Source: a virus
Lineage: Duplodnaviria > Caudoviricetes
IMG/VR virus record: IMGVR_UViG_3300032516_003835
Coordinates: 1 to 61,084 of that record
Length of the DNA stretch: 61,084 nucleotides
Reading direction: 5' to 3' (one strand)
In this document: positions 55,207 through 61,084 of the stretch, in pieces
Layout: each line of letters opens with the position of its first letter
Numbering within the stretch: position 1 is the stretch's first letter
The notes under the pieces: model-generated
What the model was told of the DNA's origin: nothing
Databases searched by the model: none
What the model saw: only the letters and a program-made list of their open reading frames with translations
Program-made: the position numbers and the translations under genes

Positions 55207-55517
55207 AAAAAACCCTGGAGGCCCTTGCTCCGCGCCACCGCCCGGACGATGGGCAGGGCCTTCTCAAGCTCCAGGTCGGCGAACTCGGCCCCGGTCATCC
55301 CGGCGAGACCCCCGATGAGACCGGTGATCTCGGCCTCGGCGTCGCCCAGGCGCGTGATGACCTGGGTCATGAGGTCGGCCCCGACTTCCTCGACCGTCAC
55401 CTTGCCGCGAAGGTCCACTTTCAGCCCCATGGCTTTCAGGGCTCGCGACGCGGCGAACAGATCGGAGGTCTTGAGGGGCCGGATGAGTTCCAGTTTCGGC
55501 TTCGGCTTTTTGCTCAC
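55128..55517 (-). CDS. Tail assembly chaperone (gpG-like)
   Basis: Between the tail tube and tape measure genes; slippery G GGT TTT TTA at 55215-55206. Confidence 0.8.
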   Translation of the reverse strand: MSKKPKPKLELIRPLKTSDLFAASRALKAMGLKVDLRGKVTVEEVGADLMTQVITRLGDAEAEITGLIGGLAGMTGAEFADLELEKALPIVRAVARSKGLQGFLELLPRPTIRASSTPSAGATRTPPTS

Positions 55518-55528
55518 GCTTGGACCTC

Positions 55529-56041
55529 CTAGGACGTAGTGAAGGCCACCGACCAGGGCGGCGTCGTGCGATCGGACGACGTATAGCAGCCGAGGAAGTC
55601 GATTTTCGGGACGACCTCGCTTTTGTCCGCGAAGGGGAGACTGATCGGCTCGAGGTTCACCGCGTTGAAGATGGTAATCACGCAGCCAGTGCCGTCCATC
55701 TGCTCACCGGTGAAATAAACCGCGGCTAGATAATGGCTCGTCGTGAGATCGGCGAGCGGCGTCCAGGCCGTCGAGTTCGCGGTGGTCATCGCGGTGCCGG
55801 AGAACAGGTGGGCCAGGTCCGCCGTGGGGAGTTCAAGGCTGTTCAAGACGAGATGCGGCTCCTCGCCCACTTTCCGGATCCGGCCGACGACCGCGCCTCG
55901 GTCACCGTCGGCGACAACCCGCCGGAACTCGCGATCGACCCGGAACTCCCCGCCTCCACGGCAGAGGAGGTCAACCGGCGTCGCGCCGGAACTGGACAGG
56001 ATCGTGAAAACGCCTTCGCCGAGCAGAATATTGTCGGGCAT
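55529..56041 (-). CDS. Major tail (tube) protein
   Basis: ILLGEG.F..RGGG.F.V..E.R....DG; F.DK.E.V..I.F...Y.......PW. Confidence 0.8.
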   Translation of the reverse strand: MPDNILLGEGVFTILSSSGATPVDLLCRGGGEFRVDREFRRVVADGDRGAVVGRIRKVGEEPHLVLNSLELPTADLAHLFSGTAMTTANSTAWTPLADLTTSHYLAAVYFTGEQMDGTGCVITIFNAVNLEPISLPFADKSEVVPKIDFLGCYTSSDRTTPPWSVAFTTS

Positions 56042-56045
56042 TGGA

Positions 56046-56477
56046 TCACCCCCGAGTGAGATAGAGCAGGACGCGGTACCTGAGTTGCCGGCGCCTCAGG
56101 ACCGGATCGGGATCCGGGATCGAGAGCCGGGCCATGCGATAGAACCGGGCGGCTATGGCGTCTTGCTGGTAGATACTCCAGCGGTGGAGGCCGGTCGGGG
56201 CGAAGAGGTCCCCGTCCCCGTCTATGGCGTCGGTGAGGCGCTCCAGGGCCGCCGTCGTGGGCTTGCAGTCCCAGATGTCCACCTCGAGCAAGCCGTCGTC
56301 GCGAGCTTCGGACTCGGTGAGACTGGGAATCCGGAACTCTACGTAGGGGAACGCGGGCGGTTTCCTGGTGACCGGGTCGATGTCCGGCACCCGGCCATGG
56401 TAGACCCTCGCCGTCCCCGAGAGTTCCCTGATCCGGGCGGCGGTGGCCTCGATGACCATGGCGACGGTTCCGCTCAA
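56046..56477 (-). CDS. Tail terminator protein
   Basis: AFPYV.F, L.VDIWD, D....RRR.LRY; synteny. Confidence 0.7.
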   Translation of the reverse strand: MSGTVAMVIEATAARIRELSGTARVYHGRVPDIDPVTRKPPAFPYVEFRIPSLTESEARDDGLLEVDIWDCKPTTAALERLTDAIDGDGDLFAPTGLHRWSIYQQDAIAARFYRMARLSIPDPDPVLRRRQLRYRVLLYLTRG

Positions 56478-56917
56478 GTCGAGCCACCCCCGACGCCGAT
56501 CTCGTAGCCCGGCCCCTCGCCGGAGAGAGTCCCGAGGTGCTCCTCCAGAATGCCGCGGATCGCGTCCCGATTTTCGTAGGCGGGCGTGAGGTAGGGCTGA
56601 GCCACCATGCCGGGCTTACCCCCGTACTGGTAGCCCTCTGGCGGTGTCACTCCGGATCCGGCTCCGCGCTGGCCGGTGCCGAATTCCACGAAGGGGCCGT
56701 ACTCGACGTTCGTGCCGTTGGTCACGGACTTCTCCGCCGGGTCCACGCGGTGGGTGAGGCTGCCCTTCAGGTTCCCACCGACCCGGCCATCGTCGTACTG
56801 GCCCACCTTGCAGCGCTCTTTCGCGTCCCCGTCGATGTGGACCCCCACGGCCTCCAGCCCAGCCAGTTCCGCTCGCGTAATGGCGGCCTTGACCTCGCGG
56901 ACGTTGGATTTATACAT
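56474..56917 (-). CDS. HK97 gp10-family neck protein
   Basis: GNLKGS, GTNVEY..FVEFGT, GM.AQPYL.PA. Confidence 0.88.
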   Translation of the reverse strand: MYKSNVREVKAAITRAELAGLEAVGVHIDGDAKERCKVGQYDDGRVGGNLKGSLTHRVDPAEKSVTNGTNVEYGPFVEFGTGQRGAGSGVTPPEGYQYGGKPGMVAQPYLTPAYENRDAIRGILEEHLGTLSGEGPGYEIGVGGGST

Positions 56918-57248
56918 GGCTCGGCTCCTTCACGTCAACCTGCAGGAACTCGCCGCGCAGCATGGGGTCCACGGGATTTGTCACCAAATAAACCACGCCG
57001 GCGATGGTGAGGCGGTCACCCCTGGCGACGTCCGTCCCGACCGGGCAGTAGAACCGGTGAGTCGCGATCTTGGTCAGCCGGTCAGCGGAGAGGCCCTCGT
57101 TGGCCCCGAGCTCCCGGAAGGCGCCCCGGACCGTGGCCACCTGGACGGGGGTCTCCTCCGTCTCGGCCATGTCGGTTTCCCGGCCGATCATCCGCTCGAT
57201 GGTGGCCTCGACGTTGAATTGCCGGGCGATGCTCGTGGCGAGGCTCAT
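56910..57248 (-). CDS. Head closure protein (SPP1 gp16-like)
   Basis: THR.YC....DV..GDRL......Y.V; synteny. Confidence 0.75.
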   Translation of the reverse strand: MSLATSIARQFNVEATIERMIGRETDMAETEETPVQVATVRGAFRELGANEGLSADRLTKIATHRFYCPVGTDVARGDRLTIAGVVYLVTNPVDPMLRGEFLQVDVKEPSHV

Positions 57249-57535
57249 GCCAGCCTCACCCGGTAGGAGCCCCTGAGGAGGTCGGAGATCTCGGGCGGTT
57301 CCCCGGCGACTCGGGAAACTGAGTAGTCGCCGAGGGACTCTCCGGTGACGCCCGCTTCGGCATCGCACAGCCACCGCGCTTTCTTGGCGACATAGAGCCT
57401 CATGCCGGCGGTCATGCCCGGATTGCCCGTCCGGTCCATAACCTCTTCCTCCAGGAGCGGCAGGAGGGCCTCGAACTGGGCGTCGTACTGGGTCGAGTTG
57501 ATCCCCAGAAACCCCTTGGCCTCGGCCGGCGTCAT
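57245..57535 (-). CDS. Head-tail connector (SPP1 gp15-like)
   Basis: EAK.FLGI....D, GVT.ESLGDYSVS, L..YR. Confidence 0.8.
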   Translation of the reverse strand: MTPAEAKGFLGINSTQYDAQFEALLPLLEEEVMDRTGNPGMTAGMRLYVAKKARWLCDAEAGVTGESLGDYSVSRVAGEPPEISDLLRGSYRVRLA

Positions 57536-57948
57536 GGCGCCGTCACCACCCAGAAGGTGAGTTCGGACGACTGAGCGGCCGTCAGGGGCGTGTAGTCCGC
57601 CTCCGAACTCGCCGTCGTCGCCATGTCGAGGTAGAGTTTGCCGACGTCCGTCCCTGACAACTGGTTATAGATGCTCGGCCTGAAGGGGCCTAGAATGGCC
57701 TCCCAGTCCTCGGACGAGCAGGCCAGCCCCAGGATGATGGACCGGTCGGCTACCTCCAGGCTGTCGCCATCGACGAGCTGGGCCGCCCCGATGACGAGGC
57801 GCCGCCCTCCGGAGGAGGCGGCATTCGTAATCCCGAGGAAGGACCGGCCGTTGTTCGTGAACATGAGCCCGCCCGTGGAAGAGGATGATGGGTCGAGCAG
57901 GCTCCCGCCCATGGTGCTGGTTACGACTGTCAGTTCCCGACGAGCCAC
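57532..57948 (-). CDS. Putative head decoration protein
   Basis: F.NNGR.FL.I.N and ILGPF...YN motifs; Ser-Ser rich; in the head module. Confidence 0.55.
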   Translation of the reverse strand: MARRELTVVTSTMGGSLLDPSSSSTGGLMFTNNGRSFLGITNAASSGGRRLVIGAAQLVDGDSLEVADRSIILGLACSSEDWEAILGPFRPSIYNQLSGTDVGKLYLDMATTASSEADYTPLTAAQSSELTFWVVTAP

Positions 57949-57971
57949 GGCCGGTCACTCCCTTTGGTCGC

Positions 57972-58463
57972 CTAGATGAACTCGATCAGCCTGACCGTGA
58001 CGTCGAAGTGGGACGTGGCCGTCCCGATGTAGTCGGTGGAGCCGACGTCGTTTCGCATGACGATCTTGAGATCGCCGCCGCCGAACAGAGCCCTGGCGAT
58101 GTCGTAGCGGACCACGTCGTAGCTCGTGGGAGTGCAGACAGCCATGGTCGTCCCAAACGAAAGCAGATACGCGTTACGGTCGGCCGCCGCGAGAGACGAC
58201 GTGACCGTGAACAAGTCGAACGTCAGCGAGGTCACGGTAGACGGGTTGTGCACAAAAAATTGGTACCCGTCGCGCGACTTGATCGGCTTCGTGACGGTCT
58301 GCGTCACGGGCGTTCCCGAGGAGGTTGTATCGACGTGGAACGTGAGGTCGGCTCCGACCTTCGCGCCAGAGATGTAGCGGAGAGAGTCGAGGCCGGTCGT
58401 GAGGTCGGTCAGTTGTGTGGACAGAAAATCAAGCGAGCTTCTTACGTGCTGAGTCTCTACCAT
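57972..58463 (-). CDS. Putative virion structural protein (Thr/Ser-rich)
   Basis: Beta-rich and Thr/Ser-rich; in the head module. Confidence 0.5.
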   Translation of the reverse strand: MVETQHVRSSLDFLSTQLTDLTTGLDSLRYISGAKVGADLTFHVDTTSSGTPVTQTVTKPIKSRDGYQFFVHNPSTVTSLTFDLFTVTSSLAAADRNAYLLSFGTTMAVCTPTSYDVVRYDIARALFGGGDLKIVMRNDVGSTDYIGTATSHFDVTVRLIEFI

Positions 58464-58469
58464 ATCTGG

Positions 58470-58970
58470 TCACCCCCGAGCAAACGAGAAATGCAGGGCG
58501 TCCCAGAGCCGTCCCGCCCACCGTTTCCGGCGAGGCAGCCTAGCGATGATCGCTCCGCGTCGTGCGCATTCCCTCTGCCAGAAAGCAATTGCCGGGTTAC
58601 ACTCGTAGCACTCGCCCCAGACTGTCAGCAGGCCCATCCGGTCGAATGCCTCCTCCAGGACGAGGTCCAGCGCCGCCTTTCCGTGTCCCCGCCGCCGGAG
58701 GGCGGGGTCGATCATCAGTGAGATCTCGGCCAGGCCGTTCTCCCACTGGATGTCTACAAGGCCGATCATGCCTACGAGAGTTCCGCCGCCATCCACTGCC
58801 CAGAACCGGGCCCGAGCCGAGCGATCGCAGACAACCTCGCGGTACCAGGCGGCCTGCATCTCGGCGGTCAGGGGAAACGGGGTTCGAAGGGCCTCGGGGT
58901 GCCGGTTCCGCCAGGCGACTACCTGGAGAGCGTCCTCCAGGCTCAGGGCCCGAAGCGCGATCACGTGCAC
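58470..58970 (-). CDS. GNAT N-acetyltransferase (PseH/RimJ-like)
   Basis: WRN......LRT......Q..WY, VGMIGL..I.W....AEISL.IDP..RRRGHG, AF..MGL. Confidence 0.85.
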   Translation of the reverse strand: MHVIALRALSLEDALQVVAWRNRHPEALRTPFPLTAEMQAAWYREVVCDRSARARFWAVDGGGTLVGMIGLVDIQWENGLAEISLMIDPALRRRGHGKAALDLVLEEAFDRMGLLTVWGECYECNPAIAFWQRECARRGAIIARLPRRKRWAGRLWDALHFSFARG

Positions 58971-60019
58971 TCCCTCCAGGTCTTCCGCATCTCGGTGACC
59001 GCCTGGCGGGCGCCGGCGTTCATATGTTTCATCGTCCGCGCCTTCTCGCGTTCGGCGGCCGCCTCCCCGAAGCGCTTGGTGACGCCCTCCAGGACGGATG
59101 TCACTTTCGCGCCGACCTCGTTACGGAGGGCGTTGAGCAGAGACGCGGCCGCGGGCCTCGCCTCGGCCGGGCAGGCGTGCCGGTCGAGGGCCCCGGCCGG
59201 ATCGAGGATTTGAACGATCGTGGAGCCAGCTTCGCGGAGCGCGTGTTCGGCGCCCTGATATTTCAGGCAGACCTCCGTCAGTTGGCGCTCGGCCTGCTCC
59301 GCCGTGTCGTGGCGACCCCCGACGATCTTCAGCGTGGCGTCGCATTTGGCGTCGAAGCCGGCGGCCGCAGCGGCCTGGAGGCCATAACGGAACCGGGTTT
59401 TCAGTAGATCCGACCCCGGCGGGATGACGACCTTGATCCCCCGGCCGACGGCGAGGCCGAGGAAATACTCGCAGGACGGCCGCTGCGATTCGTACTCGCT
59501 TCCCACCGCCATGTCCACGCCGTAGACGTGGATCTCGCGGTAGCCCTCGGCGATGGCCAGGGCGATCATGTAGGAGATCGTGTTCGTGAAATAGTCGCTG
59601 ATCGACCCACCCAGGCGAGCGATGACCCGCGCCAGCGGGTAGGCGACCGAGTTCGGCAGTTCCGGCCAGGTCTCCCCCATGATGATGGGGCAGGTGAGTT
59701 CCCGGAGCCGCTCCGGATGGGGCTTCCCCTCGGTCCGGGTCGTGTGGGTTTCGACCTCGCCGCGCTGGTGAACCTGGAACAGGCGGTCGCAGCGCGGGAT
59801 GACCTCGAAAATGTCATTGAGGCCCCATATCTCCATGTCGGGGTCGGCGTAGGGCGCGTCGCCGCGCGTACCGGAAAACCCCACGATGCAGACCCGCTTG
59901 GACTTCGGGAACCCCGCCAGCGGGGCGGGAGGCGTCGGGCCCCAGAGCCGGCGGAAGGCTTTGGGCGGGAGCATCGGGGTCGGCACTTGGGCCTCTGTGG
60001 AAAGCGCGATATCGGTCAT
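58961..60019 (-). CDS. Putative nonulosonate (sialyl/Maf-like) glycosyltransferase with C-terminal coiled coil
   Basis: VCIVG, WGLN and NTISYMIALAIAEGYREIHVYGVD resemble the Maf/GT42/GT29 core motifs. Confidence 0.6.
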   Translation of the reverse strand: MTDIALSTEAQVPTPMLPPKAFRRLWGPTPPAPLAGFPKSKRVCIVGFSGTRGDAPYADPDMEIWGLNDIFEVIPRCDRLFQVHQRGEVETHTTRTEGKPHPERLRELTCPIIMGETWPELPNSVAYPLARVIARLGGSISDYFTNTISYMIALAIAEGYREIHVYGVDMAVGSEYESQRPSCEYFLGLAVGRGIKVVIPPGSDLLKTRFRYGLQAAAAAGFDAKCDATLKIVGGRHDTAEQAERQLTEVCLKYQGAEHALREAGSTIVQILDPAGALDRHACPAEARPAAASLLNALRNEVGAKVTSVLEGVTKRFGEAAAEREKARTMKHMNAGARQAVTEMRKTWRECT

Positions 60020-60029
60020 GGCGAACCTC

Positions 60030-61022
60030 CTAGACGGGAGTCTCGGTGCGAAACCTCGGAAACATATGGGTGGCAAAGCCTTCCTTGAACAGGCTGATCG
60101 TCGCCTCTTTGCCTGGCCCGTAAACCCGCTCGCCCAGCCTCAATGACCGGAGCCCCAGGCCCTTGGCGTGCTCGATGGCCCGCCACAAGGAGACGTGCCC
60201 GAGGGGCAACCCCTGGGCCTCCAGCCCGCGGTCGTAGGCCGCGCTGGCATAGAGGGCCTCATGCCGGGAGTGGTGGAACAGGGCGTAGCCAATGAGCATA
60301 TCCTCGGCCTCCCGCAGAGTCACCACGAATCCCTCTCCGGCCGAGATGGCGCGGAACTGCAGGTCCCAGGTCTCGCGGGGCCTGGTAGTCCGCCCGGCGA
60401 CCATGCGATGGAGTTCCCGGCACTCATCCCAGGTCTCGGGAGCGAGTTCCGGGCCCAGAACCTCGACCCGCCAGAGGTCGGCCTTGCCGAGGAGGGGGCG
60501 GTAGGACTTCCGGACATTGAGCCGGAGGGCGTCGAGCCGCCAAGAGAGATCCGCGAAGAGTTCGTAGCCGACAGTGACTGCGGCCGCCCGCTCGGCAAGG
60601 CGCCGATGCCAGAGCGAGAGCCCGCCCGGGCCGACGATCTCCTCGCCGGTCCATGACGGCCGGCCCAGGGTGGCGCACAGGAGGGCCAGAGTGTCGAGGC
60701 AGGCGTCGATGACCCTCTTCCGGCTTCGCTCCTGGGCCGCGGTCACGAACAGTGGCGGCCCCGCCGGTGCTCCGCTTGAGACTGGGACCCCCTCCCCGAC
60801 CCCCAGAACCCAGGCCCCGACCAGTGAGCCCCCGTCGCGGATCGTCATCGACAGATCGGTGAGGCCATGGTAGGCGGCCTGGTAGTCGATCATGGTGGAA
60901 GCGTAGGCCGCCGGCGCGTGGCCGGAGGACGCCAGGACGGAGGCCCAACCCTCGGCGTCGTCAGCGCGCGGCCGGACGTCGAACGGCATGGCGGACATGA
61001 CGGCCGGCCAGAGAGCGTCCGT
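60030..61022 (-). CDS. FemAB-like double-GNAT acyltransferase
   Basis: DLS......NVRKSYR.L, H..VAGR.TR..ETW, Y...AYDR, LGH...W.AI, I..FK.GF; start is ACG 61022 or ATG 60998. Confidence 0.8.
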   Translation of the reverse strand, partial: TDALWPAVMSAMPFDVRPRADDAEGWASVLASSGHAPAAYASTMIDYQAAYHGLTDLSMTIRDGGSLVGAWVLGVGEGVPVSSGAPAGPPLFVTAAQERSRKRVIDACLDTLALLCATLGRPSWTGEEIVGPGGLSLWHRRLAERAAAVTVGYELFADLSWRLDALRLNVRKSYRPLLGKADLWRVEVLGPELAPETWDECRELHRMVAGRTTRPRETWDLQFRAISAGEGFVVTLREAEDMLIGYALFHHSRHEALYASAAYDRGLEAQGLPLGHVSLWRAIEHAKGLGLRSLRLGERVYGPGKEATISLFKEGFATHMFPRFRTETPV

Positions 61023-61084
61023 GGCGGTTACCTCCCATCCGGGCGGCCGGGGAGGAGCGCGAGGCCCCTGCCCGACTTAGCGGG
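60944..61084. repeat. Terminal direct repeat, right copy
   Basis: 140/141 identical to 1-141. Confidence 0.95.

Overview
The window is an apparently complete, circularly permuted genome of a temperate siphovirus-like phage. Positions 1-141 repeat at 60944-61084 with one mismatch, which looks like an assembly overlap. The DNA is GC-rich, but the phage has Bacillota hallmarks: SPP1-like portal and head-tail genes, an SLH-tailed M23 endolysin, an ImmA/ImmR-type switch, strong Shine-Dalgarno (SD) sites and SigA-type promoters. Almost all genes are on the minus strand; the immunity/integrase block (40.7-44.2 kb) and a 35-aa peptide gene are on plus. Modules: packaging/head (14.5 kb down to 0.15 kb, wrapping to 61-57.5 kb), neck/tail (57.5-48 kb), lysis (48-46.6 kb), a self-contained moron (46.4-44.6 kb), integrase/attP/immunity (44.4-40.1 kb), and an early replication/recombination region (40-14.7 kb). 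The standout feature is eight nonulosonic-acid (pseudaminic-acid-like) biosynthesis, tailoring and transfer genes interleaved with the capsid genes, next to small head proteins enriched in Ser-Ser motifs. I interpret this as a candidate phage-encoded virion glycosylation system. Other notable items: a type I toxin-like locus, an HNH cassette with a structured leader RNA echoed at the gene's 3' end, a structured early-region intergenic RNA, repeated gene-junction sequences and several probable non-canonical start codons. All calls come from reading motifs by eye; no database searches were run. Many starts were re-assigned from SD position and stop/start overlaps.
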